Part shown: piece after piece, positions 27,878-35,797 of the stretch | How positions within the stretch are numbered: position 1 is the stretch's first letter | How the letters are laid out: the number at the start of each line of letters is the position of its first letter | NCBI GenBank assembly: GCA_001796865.1 | Contig: MGNQ01000051.1 | Coordinates: 65,126 to 129,125, forward strand | Length of the DNA: 64,000 nt | From: Chloroflexi bacterium RBG_16_56_11 | GTDB lineage: Bacteria; Chloroflexota; Dehalococcoidia; Dehalococcoidales; RBG-16-60-22 | Reading direction: 5' to 3' | Notes under the pieces: generated by a model | Told to the model about the DNA's origin: nothing | Databases searched by the model: none | Seen by the model: only the letters and a program-made list of their open reading frames with translations | Position numbers and translations under genes: made by a program

Positions 27878-28525
27878 CTACGCGTAGGCGATAATCCCTT
27901 TGACAATGAACTGCCCGCCGAAGTAGAGCAACGCCAGGCTCAGGATGATGAAGACCCACTCCTGCAGCCGCGGCCCCCAGAACGAGTGCGTCCGGTAGAT
28001 GGTATAAGATACTACCGACAGCCAGGCGAGGTCGCACAGCCAGTGCACGACGATAAAGAGGGGCAGTCCCCACGCTCCGACGGCGTCCAGAAAGTTCATC
28101 AACAGCAGGCTACCGACTGTCACCCACCACACCAGGAAAAACGGATTGAGACCGCTCATCAGGATGCCGGCGGTGAAGGCGTTGTAGCGCGCGTCTTTGC
28201 CTTCCCGCGCCAGCTCTTTACGGGAGCGGAAGAGTCCGTAGCCCATCCACACAATCATGCCGCCGCCAAGGACGCTCAGCGCCAGCTGGACGATGTCATT
28301 CTTGAAGAACTGGGCCAGTCCGAAATAGACCAGGAGTATCAACGGCACCTCGATGACGGCATGGCCCAGGGACACCTGGACGCCGGCCCACGGCGACTTC
28401 AGGCTCTTGGCCAGGGTCACGGTGAACATGGGTCCGGGGGCCATGACTCCCGATAACGACGTGACGATAACGGTGCCTAACGCGGCGAGCATAAATTTCC
28501 TGAAGTATTTAGAATCTGTTTCCAT
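27878..28525 (-). CDS. LysE/RhtB family amino-acid exporter
   Basis: 215 aa and six hydrophobic segments. The N-terminal PGPMFTVTL motif is typical of LysE-type translocators. Confidence 0.75.
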   Translation of the reverse strand: METDSKYFRKFMLAALGTVIVTSLSGVMAPGPMFTVTLAKSLKSPWAGVQVSLGHAVIEVPLILLVYFGLAQFFKNDIVQLALSVLGGGMIVWMGYGLFRSRKELAREGKDARYNAFTAGILMSGLNPFFLVWWVTVGSLLLMNFLDAVGAWGLPLFIVVHWLCDLAWLSVVSYTIYRTHSFWGPRLQEWVFIILSLALLYFGGQFIVKGIIAYA

Positions 28526-28596
28526 TATAACAGTAATTCCTATTATTCCGAAAAATTCCTAAAAAAGTCCGGACGAATGAAGAACCCGCTCGATCT

Positions 28597-28706
28597 GTCA
28601 TTGCGAGCCATTCCCGAAGGGAAGGCGTGGCAATCTCCAGTCTGAGTCGAGTCAACGGATGAGATTGCCACGTCGCCCCGACTTCATCGGGACTCCTCGC
28701 AATGAC
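28597..28706. repeat. Family-A palindromic element
   Basis: gtcattgcgagcc ... gagattgccacgtcgccccgacttcatcgggactcctcgcaatgac. The last ~45 nt are nearly identical to 36947-36992. Confidence 0.85.
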
Positions 28707-28763
28707 TCTTGCTTGAGTTGATTTTCCTGTTGCACTATACTTGGGGAAAAGGGGGGAAGACAA

Positions 28764-29960
28764 TTGTCACTCGACCTCACCAGGGTAGCGGGACAGGTCA
28801 GCGCGATGATATCCCGGTTGGGCGACGGCCGCGACGAGGACCGGCGGCGACTCCGCTTCGCCGTGGACACGCTCAACAGTCCGGCCATCAACCTGGAGGC
28901 CCTGAAAAGGAAAATCGCCGCGAGCCGGACGACCTGGCTCGTGGCCGAGCTCGTCGAGGGGCTGAACCGGCACTACCCGTCCCCGCCCCTGCCGCGGGAC
29001 TTTACCGTCATCGCCGCCGACGGCTCACACATCGATGTCGACCGGCACCATTCGACCCGCTGCTATCTCATCAACATCGGCGCGGCGGTCATCAAATACG
29101 GGAACCAGCCGGACGCCTGCCTGTCCAGCCTCCCCCGCCTCTACTCCGAGGATAAAGACCTGGCGATTACCCCGCCGGGAAACGGGCGGCGGCAGCCCGT
29201 CGAGGGGACCATCCTCGGGGTCAAGCGTAGCGTCGAGGAGTGCCAGCGCCTGGCCGAGCTGACCGCCGGCGCGCCCGACGGCAGCGACTGCCTGGCCCTG
29301 CTCGACGGCACGCTTATCCTCTGGGGACTGGAGGCCTACCCGGACTTCGTAACGGACGTCCTGCTGAACAACGGCCTGCTGAAATGCCTGGGAGCGATGA
29401 AAAAGCTCAACGCCGGAAGAAGGGTCGCCATGGCCAGCTATATCAGTTTCCCGCGCAGCACCGATGTTGTGAACGTGCTGCGGGTGGCCATCTGCCCCAA
29501 TGACGCGCCCGACTGCGACCGTGACTGCCCGCCCGGCAGGGAAAGGGACTGCGAAGCAGTAGCCGACGTGCGCGACCGCGATATCTTTATGGACCTGCTG
29601 GAGACAGGGGAGAGGTCGGCGCTGTTCATCAGCCCGTCGCGAATCGTCAAGGAGCGTTACGGCGAGCACCGCATCTATTTCTTCTATCTCAGGGCCGGCG
29701 ACGAGATAGCCCGCATCGAGATACCGCAGTGGGTGGCGGAGAGCCAGCCCCTGCTCGATTTAACGCAATGCCTGGTGCTCGACCAGGTTAAACGGGGGCA
29801 GGGGTATCCGGTCGTCCTGAGCGAGGCGCACGAGCAAGCGGTGGTGACCGGGGCGGACCGGGAAAGCTTCTGGGAGCTGGTCGAGGTGTCCCTGGTAGAG
29901 GAGCACCTGCCCGGGACCGGTTCCGCCAAGAGCTTCAGCAAACGGACGAGGTGGATATAA
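28764..29960 (+). CDS. nurA: NurA-family 5'-3' nuclease
   Basis: 398 aa with a TTG start after a G-rich RBS. FTVIAADGSHIDV (catalytic DGS) and CLALLDGTLILWG are typical NurA-domain motifs. Confidence 0.75.
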   Translation: MSLDLTRVAGQVSAMISRLGDGRDEDRRRLRFAVDTLNSPAINLEALKRKIAASRTTWLVAELVEGLNRHYPSPPLPRDFTVIAADGSHIDVDRHHSTRCYLINIGAAVIKYGNQPDACLSSLPRLYSEDKDLAITPPGNGRRQPVEGTILGVKRSVEECQRLAELTAGAPDGSDCLALLDGTLILWGLEAYPDFVTDVLLNNGLLKCLGAMKKLNAGRRVAMASYISFPRSTDVVNVLRVAICPNDAPDCDRDCPPGRERDCEAVADVRDRDIFMDLLETGERSALFISPSRIVKERYGEHRIYFFYLRAGDEIARIEIPQWVAESQPLLDLTQCLVLDQVKRGQGYPVVLSEAHEQAVVTGADRESFWELVEVSLVEEHLPGTGSAKSFSKRTRWI

Positions 29961-29970
29961 AAAATAAACC

Positions 29971-30112
29971 GTCATTCCCGCGAAGGCGGGAACCCAGTCT
30001 CCCGCCCCGTCATTCTGAGCGGAGTGAAGAATCCGGGTGTGGAGCGGTATTGTCCTGGATTCCCGGGTCAAGCTTTCAGGCTGAGGCCTTCTGGCTGAAG
30101 CCCGAGAATGAC
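29971..30112. repeat. Family-A composite element
   Basis: gtcattcccgcgaaggcgggaac, gtcattctgagcggagtgaagaatcc, ctggattcccggg ... gagaatgac modules. Confidence 0.8.
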
Positions 30113-30137
30113 GTTGATGTTTGGAAGGGGTGAAACA

Positions 30138-30950
30138 ATGGAAGAGCCGACAGCCAATGCGGTGAAAGACATGGCCAGGTACTTCGGGGCGGACCTGGTG
30201 GGGATTGCGTCCGTAGACCGCTTCGAAGGGGCGCCGGCAGGACACGGCCCGCTGGACCTCGTGCCGAAGGCAAAGTCAGTCATCGTGTCGGGCGTGAGGA
30301 TTCCCGACCCGGTCGTGGACTATGACGGCTATCATTTAAAGATGGCGGAGATGCCGCCGGAGATGGGCATCCACGCCAACATCGAGAACTTCTACATGCT
30401 CATGGGCCATTACACGCAGGACATGATGCTCAATATCATCGCCACGCGGCTGGCCAACCGGCTGGAGACCGGCTGGGGACTGCGGACGCTGCCGACCCCG
30501 AACGCCCAGCACACGGGGCTGGGTCACCCGGTGATGGCGGCGCCTTTCGGGTTTTTCTCGCAGCGACACGCGGCGGTGCGGGCGGGGCTGGGCGAGTTCG
30601 GGCTGAGCGGGCTGGTCATCACACCGCTGTACGGTCCGCGCGTCCGCTACGTCTCCATCATCACCGAGGCTGAACTGGAGCCCGACCCCCTGCTGGCGGA
30701 GAAGGTCTGTATGAGAGGGAAGTGCGGCGGGGACGCGGGGCCGAAGTGCCAGCAGAGATGTGCCAAAAAGGCCCTGAAATTGCGCCCGGAGACCGTCCTC
30801 AACGGCGGGATTTTCCTCAACGTGCCGGTGAGCCTCGACCGGCCGAACTGCATCTCGATGACTGGCGACCAGGGGAGCTTCGGCTGCACGTTCATCGGCA
30901 CCTGCATGAGGGAATGCCCGGTGGGACAGAAGGTGACGAAGAGGGGATAA
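30138..30950 (+). CDS. QueG/RdhA-like iron-sulfur protein (epoxyqueuosine reductase-like fold)
   Basis: FSQRHAAVRAGLGEFGLSGLVITPLYGPRVRYVSIITEAELEPD parallels the QueG core. There are C-terminal Cys clusters including GTCMRECPVG. ATG 30138 has an RBS. Confidence 0.55.
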   Translation: MEEPTANAVKDMARYFGADLVGIASVDRFEGAPAGHGPLDLVPKAKSVIVSGVRIPDPVVDYDGYHLKMAEMPPEMGIHANIENFYMLMGHYTQDMMLNIIATRLANRLETGWGLRTLPTPNAQHTGLGHPVMAAPFGFFSQRHAAVRAGLGEFGLSGLVITPLYGPRVRYVSIITEAELEPDPLLAEKVCMRGKCGGDAGPKCQQRCAKKALKLRPETVLNGGIFLNVPVSLDRPNCISMTGDQGSFGCTFIGTCMRECPVGQKVTKRG

Positions 30951-30964
30951 AAGGGGAGTGAGTT

Positions 30965-31492
30965 ATGGTAATTTGGGAGAATAGGGTTAATCCTGAGCGT
31001 TTAGGGTACATAATATATGAGTGTCCTGAGTGTAAAGTAAAAGGAACGTTCTCGGTAGAACAAATACGTAAAAAATTACATCTTTATTTCATACCAACTT
31101 TCAATTATTCAACAGAACAATATGTTACTTGTACAAACTGCAAGGCCACACTCAAAGTGCCTAAGGAACTGAAGTCAGAAATGTCCAAGAATCTCATAAG
31201 TCAAGAGGAATTATCCTCGGTACTACGAAAAGCAAATAATACTAAACCAATAAAAACCAACATAACACAAGAAAATAATCCTAACAATAATCAAAAAGTA
31301 GTTACTAAAAAAGATTCGGCACCCGCATTTGTGTGTTTATGTTGTGGTGCACCATATAATTCTCAATGGTGGGAGACGTATGGAGCAAGATACAGATGCT
31401 GTAGCGGTTTGCCGAATGTCGAGCAAGAAGAGTTATGGGATAATCGCTTATATCCAGAAATACCTCTTAATAATTGCCCGCATCAGCTATGA
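30965..31492 (+). CDS. Zinc-ribbon protein on an AT-rich islet, unknown function
   Basis: CPECKVKG ... LHLYFIPTF ... CTNCKATL resembles a zinc_ribbon_15-type domain. An Asn/Lys-rich linker is followed by a second Cys-rich region (CLCCG ... RCCSG). Confidence 0.55.
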   Translation: MVIWENRVNPERLGYIIYECPECKVKGTFSVEQIRKKLHLYFIPTFNYSTEQYVTCTNCKATLKVPKELKSEMSKNLISQEELSSVLRKANNTKPIKTNITQENNPNNNQKVVTKKDSAPAFVCLCCGAPYNSQWWETYGARYRCCSGLPNVEQEELWDNRLYPEIPLNNCPHQL

Positions 31493-31535
31493 TATTCGTT
31501 GAAATTATCAATAAATAAAACAGGAGGTCTAACTC

Positions 31536-31616
31536 ATGGGTAACAAAGGCAGAAAGAACGTCAAGAAACCCAAGCAGGCTAAAGGCAAGAAGGCAGAAGC
31601 CGGCAAGAAGAAATAG
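31536..31616 (+). CDS. Small Lys-rich peptide (26 aa)
   Basis: Below the ORF-track cut-off. CAGGAGG RBS at 31521-31527, then ATG 31536. Encodes MGNKGRKNVKKPKQAKGKKAEAGKKK. Confidence 0.4.
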   Translation: MGNKGRKNVKKPKQAKGKKAEAGKKK

Positions 31617-31640
31617 GGAAATAAATCTATCTAAAATTCT

Positions 31641-31865
31641 CATTCCGTACTTGATACGGAATCCAGGTAGAATGGGGTGGAGTAACTGGATTCCCGCCGG
31701 AGTTTACCCCGTTCACGGTGAATCCGTTCAGGGTGAACCCGTATTTGATACGGGGCGGGAATGACAGCGGTGCATGATTGCTTCGCCCTCGGGCTGGTTC
31801 CACTGAGTCACCACGAAGTGAACTCGGGCTGAAGCCCCCCGATTTTATCGGGTCCCGCAATGACA
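31641..31865. repeat. Family-A composite element including the 80-bp copy A (31686-31765)
   Basis: The modules in order are as follows. A 28-nt block is identical to 2997-3024. An 80-nt block is identical to 36678-36757. A partial copy of the 1950/58118 element sits at 31794-31821. The terminal module is ccgattttatcgggtcccgcaatgac. Confidence 0.9.
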
Positions 31866-31889
31866 CGGATGTAGGCAGATTATAAGGGG

Positions 31890-32489
31890 GTGAGGTCTAT
31901 CAATAAAGACTCTCCGAAAAAAATCGCGGAGGTGATAGAGGCGAGCGCGACGCAGTTCAGCGCCCAGTGCTACGAGCTTTACGAGATACCCCCGTTGGGC
32001 AGCCTGGTCAGGACGGGCGATATCTACGGGGTCGTCGCCGGGGCGGAGACCACCAGCCTGGAACCGGGGAGGAAGCCGATCGCCCGCGGGAAGGACGAGG
32101 CCTCGGAGGAAGCCGTTTATGAGTCCAGTCCCCAACTGGCGAAGCTCCTCCGCAGCGAGTTAACAGCAGCAGTGGTCGGCTTTAAAAACGGCGATAAAGT
32201 TGTTCAATACCTGCCCCCCCAACCCGCCCGCATCCACGGGTTTGTATACTTATGTCAACCTGACGAAATCAGGGATTTCAGCCGGTCGTTCGGGTTCCTC
32301 AATACTCTGATTGACGCCGACCTGCCCGTGCCGGACGAAGAAGTCGTTGCCGCCACTTTGAGGCAGATGAGCCAGGCCCACGGGGACAGCCGGACCTTCC
32401 TGGTAGCGGCGGGTAAAGAGCTGGCCGCCCTGCTCAGCAATGACTATCTCCGGCTGAAAAACATCCTGGGGAGGCTGACGCCGGCATGA
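31890..32489 (+). CDS. Stand-alone HAS-barrel-like protein (HerA N-terminal domain homologue), otherwise uncharacterised
   Basis: 199 aa with a GTG start after AAGGGGG. KIAEVIEASATQFSAQCYEL..LGSLVRTGDIYGVVAGAET ... AAVVGFKNGDKVVQYLPPQPARIHGFVYLCQPDEIRDF follows the beta-barrel pattern of HerA/ATP-synthase N-terminal domains. This is fold-level recognition only. Confidence 0.35.
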   Translation: MRSINKDSPKKIAEVIEASATQFSAQCYELYEIPPLGSLVRTGDIYGVVAGAETTSLEPGRKPIARGKDEASEEAVYESSPQLAKLLRSELTAAVVGFKNGDKVVQYLPPQPARIHGFVYLCQPDEIRDFSRSFGFLNTLIDADLPVPDEEVVAATLRQMSQAHGDSRTFLVAAGKELAALLSNDYLRLKNILGRLTPA

Positions 32490-33328
32490 AACCACAGGAA
32501 TATTACACGTCCCAAAGTGATATCTCCGACCCCGGAGAATACAAATACCTTTTTGTTGATTTACCGGATGACATTCCCTCACTCTGTAAAATCCTTCAGG
32601 GCTTGATTCTCCATATGCATTGGGCGGAACGCTACGGAGTAAAGCTGACCGGGGACATCTTCAAAGAGCACAAACTGCGCAGCACAGCGCGTCAGTTAGA
32701 AAAAATAATGGAGCGCGACGACAGTCCCCTGTCTGTTACCCGCCCGCCGGAACGCCGGTTAGTGGGTAACTGCCGGGACTTTTCCGTCCTGTTAACAGCT
32801 ATGTTACGGCACAAGGGTATCCCGGCGCGTGCCCGTTGCGGATTCGCGACCTATTTCATCCCCAGGCATTATGAGGACCACTGGGTCTGCCAGTACTGGA
32901 AACGAGATGAAAAAAGATGGATAATGGTCGATGCCCAGCTGGACGAGTTGCAGCGCGACACGATATATCTCAAATTCGACACGTTCGACATACCCAAAGG
33001 GTTATTCCTGCCGGCTGGAGATTCCTGGTTGATGTGCCGCTCCGGCAAGGCCGACCCCGAACTGTTCGGCTTTGGTGATTTCAACGGCCTATGGTTCATC
33101 GGTGGGAATTTGATACGAGACCTGCTTTCGTTGAATAAGGTAGAATTAACGTACTTTGATGATTGGGGTTTATTACCCGCGTTCAAACAGAAGGAATTTT
33201 CACCCGGGTATTTGGAAAAATTAGATGAAATTGCGGCGGCAACAAAGGGGAGCAATCCTTCCGCTGCTAAAGTGCAGTCGCTCTTTAAAAATAAAGAGCT
33301 AGCCACCCCGCCCGGCTGGCAACCTTGA
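32486..33328 (+). CDS. Transglutaminase-like cysteine protease superfamily protein
   Basis: A Cys-His-Asp triad in the canonical order: GNCRDFSVLLTAMLRHKGIPAR, HYEDHWVCQYW, WIMVDAQ. The ATG overlaps the upstream stop (ATGA). Confidence 0.7.
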   Translation: MKPQEYYTSQSDISDPGEYKYLFVDLPDDIPSLCKILQGLILHMHWAERYGVKLTGDIFKEHKLRSTARQLEKIMERDDSPLSVTRPPERRLVGNCRDFSVLLTAMLRHKGIPARARCGFATYFIPRHYEDHWVCQYWKRDEKRWIMVDAQLDELQRDTIYLKFDTFDIPKGLFLPAGDSWLMCRSGKADPELFGFGDFNGLWFIGGNLIRDLLSLNKVELTYFDDWGLLPAFKQKEFSPGYLEKLDEIAAATKGSNPSAAKVQSLFKNKELATPPGWQP

Positions 33329-33345
33329 AAAGCGGGAGACAATTG

Positions 33346-34962
33346 ATGGTAGAAAATCTAAAACTCGGCATTGTTACCGCTGCCTCACTGGAGAAGGGTG
33401 TGGACGTGCGGCTGGACGCCCCGGTGTCGGTGGAGGACATGGTGGTGGGCCGCTACGTCACCATCGAGGGGCAGAAACGGCGCTTCTTCGGCATGATAAC
33501 GGATGTCAGCCTGGGCGTCACCGACGAGCGACTCGCCATTTCACCGCCGGATGTCAACGACCCATTCATCGCCGACGTATTGACCGGCACGAGCACGTTC
33601 GGGACGATACACGTCACACCCATGCTGACCATCAGCGGTGACGCCAAAGCCGTGCTGGAAGGCCCGCAGCCGGTCAAGACCATCCCCGCCCATTTCGCCG
33701 CGGTCAACCTGGCCTCGGAACAAGATATAGAAAACGTTTTCGGTAAAGAGGATAAAGAGAGATTCAACATCGGCAACCCGCTGGACATGGAGACGAAGCT
33801 CTGCCTCAACCTGGTCGAGCTCGTCAAGCGTTCCAACGGCATCTTCGGCAAGAGCGGCACAGGCAAGACGTTCCTCACCCGCATCCTGCTCATCGGGATG
33901 TTGCAAAAGAGCCAGGCGGTCAACCTGGTCTTCGACATGCACAACGAGTACGGCTGGATAGGTACGCGCGAAGGCGGAGGGACAGCCAAGGGGCTGAAAC
34001 AACTCTTTCCAGCGAAGGTGGCCGTCTTTACCCTCGACGAGGAAAGCTCACGGCGACGCAAGGTAAGCACGGACTTCGTGGTGAAAATAGGACTCAACGA
34101 GATAATGCCGGAGGACATCTCCATCCTGCGCTCGACTTTTAATCTCACAGATCTGGCCGTGGAAGCTGCCTACCAGCTTTACAAAATCCTCGGGCACGAC
34201 TGGCTAAACAAAGTGCTTAACCTAGGAGAAGAGGAACTTGAAGAACTGCTAAAGGGAGCAACCATTCATGAAGGTTCCTTCGAGAACCTCAAGCGCGGCC
34301 TGGGCTCCATTGGCCGACTCGGCTTCGTCGTGCCGGAAGCAAAAGGTGACTCCGTAAAGAATATCCTGGATTTTCTCTTACAGGGGCGTAATGTCGTCCT
34401 AGAATTCGGGCGCTACCAGGAAATCGGCGCTTATCTGCTAGTAGCTAACCTGCTTTCCCGCCGTATCTATTCCCGTTACAAGGAGCAGATGGAAGAAGCC
34501 ATCGCCGTGGATAACGAGGCACTAAAGCCAAGACCACTCGTCATCACTATTGAAGAAGCACACAAGTTTCTGAACCCCGAGGTGGCGGATAAGACTATCT
34601 TCGGCACCATCGCCCGGGAGATGCGCAAGTACAATGTCAGCCTGCTGGTCATCGACCAGCGTCCCAGCGGCATCAGCGAAGAGGTGATGTCGCAGATGGG
34701 CACGAAGATAACCTGCCTCCTCGATAACGAGAGGGATATCGACAGCGTCCTGGCCGGGGTCTCCGGCAAGAACGAGCTGAAGTCGGTGCTGTCCCGGCTG
34801 GCGCCCAAGCAGCAGGCGCTCATCTTCGGCCACGCGGTGCCCATGCCGGTAGCGTTCCAGCCCGTCGCCTACGATGCCAAGTTCTACGCCAGTCTGACAG
34901 GAGCTGGGCAAAAATCAACCACGGAACAGGTCGAAAAGGATATCGAAGAGCTCTGGAAATAG
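33346..34962 (+). CDS. herA: HerA-like (DUF87, FtsK-HerA superfamily) ATPase
   Basis: N-terminal HAS-barrel pattern, Walker A GKSGTGKT (33847-33870), Walker B-type PLVITIEEAHKF, SLLVIDQRPSGI. I prefer ATG 33346 (GGGAGA RBS); the ORF-track TTG at 33325 overlaps the upstream stop. Confidence 0.8.
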   Translation: MVENLKLGIVTAASLEKGVDVRLDAPVSVEDMVVGRYVTIEGQKRRFFGMITDVSLGVTDERLAISPPDVNDPFIADVLTGTSTFGTIHVTPMLTISGDAKAVLEGPQPVKTIPAHFAAVNLASEQDIENVFGKEDKERFNIGNPLDMETKLCLNLVELVKRSNGIFGKSGTGKTFLTRILLIGMLQKSQAVNLVFDMHNEYGWIGTREGGGTAKGLKQLFPAKVAVFTLDEESSRRRKVSTDFVVKIGLNEIMPEDISILRSTFNLTDLAVEAAYQLYKILGHDWLNKVLNLGEEELEELLKGATIHEGSFENLKRGLGSIGRLGFVVPEAKGDSVKNILDFLLQGRNVVLEFGRYQEIGAYLLVANLLSRRIYSRYKEQMEEAIAVDNEALKPRPLVITIEEAHKFLNPEVADKTIFGTIAREMRKYNVSLLVIDQRPSGISEEVMSQMGTKITCLLDNERDIDSVLAGVSGKNELKSVLSRLAPKQQALIFGHAVPMPVAFQPVAYDAKFYASLTGAGQKSTTEQVEKDIEELWK

Positions 34963-34973
34963 GTGTTAATAAA

Positions 34974-35789
34974 ATGTCTACCCGGAAGAAAATCGGACTG
35001 GCGCTGAGCGCCGGGGCCGCCCGCGGCCTGGCGCACATCGGGGTGCTCCACGTCCTGCAAAGAGAGGGCATACCCATCGACCTGATTGCGGGCACCAGCG
35101 CCGGGGCGGTCATCGGGGCCATCTACGCCAGCCGGGGGGACGCCTCACGCATGAAGCGAGAGGCCCTGGCGATAAGCTGGAAAACAAGGGCGGGGCTTCT
35201 CGACCCCTCTTTACCCCGCAGCGGCCTCATCAAAGGGAAAAGAATCGAGAGTCTGTTTAAGCGGTACATCGGCGGGAACCTGACTTTCGGTGAGCTCAAG
35301 ATACCGTTTGCCTGCCTGGCGACGGACATCGACAGCGGCGAGGAAATCGTCATCCGGGAAGGCCCGGTGACAAAAGCCCTGCGGGCCAGCATCGCCATCC
35401 CGGCCATCTTCACCGTGGCCGAGCGCGACGGCCGGTACCTGGTCGATGGCGGGCTGACCACGCCGGTACCGGTGAACGTGGCGCGGGACATGGGGGCGGA
35501 GGTGGTCATCGCGGTGAACGTGACGCCGCAGGTGACCGACCGCAATATCCGGCAAACGGAAAAGCGCGCCCGCAAACCGAAGGAGCCGGGCATTTTCTAC
35601 GTCATCACGCAATCGATATACATCTCGACGTACTGCCTGGCGCAGGGCAACCTGCAAAACGCCGACATCGTCATCGAGCCGGCGGTGGGGCACATCGGCG
35701 CCGGCGACTTTACCAGGATTAAAGACCTCGTCCGTCTGGGGGAAGAGGCGGCGCTAAAGGCGATACCGGAGATAAAGCGGAAGATATAA
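34974..35789 (+). CDS. Patatin-like phospholipase
   Basis: Oxyanion region LSAGAARGLAHIGVL, nucleophile elbow GTSAG and catalytic Asp in LVDGGL. Starts 11 nt after herA. Confidence 0.85.
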   Translation: MSTRKKIGLALSAGAARGLAHIGVLHVLQREGIPIDLIAGTSAGAVIGAIYASRGDASRMKREALAISWKTRAGLLDPSLPRSGLIKGKRIESLFKRYIGGNLTFGELKIPFACLATDIDSGEEIVIREGPVTKALRASIAIPAIFTVAERDGRYLVDGGLTTPVPVNVARDMGAEVVIAVNVTPQVTDRNIRQTEKRARKPKEPGIFYVITQSIYISTYCLAQGNLQNADIVIEPAVGHIGAGDFTRIKDLVRLGEEAALKAIPEIKRKI

Positions 35790-35797
35790 GGCTGAAT

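Noticed and set aside
28509-31866. ORF-track entries lying over repeat clusters (28509-28763, 28652-28891, 29951-30133, 30068-30283, 31627-31866). The same applies to 20821-21030, 36766-36957, 49425-49811 and 51322-51516.
   Set aside because: Their sequences are translations of the palindromic modules, and the same peptide strings recur wherever the repeat recurs. They have no RBS and overlap better-supported genes or occupy purely repetitive DNA.
33325-33345. TTG start for herA given by the ORF track (overlapping the transglutaminase-like gene stop).
   Set aside because: The ATG at 33346 is preceded by GGGAGA at suitable spacing and gives the conserved N-terminus MVENLKLGIV. The TTG remains possible, and either choice keeps the genes tightly coupled.
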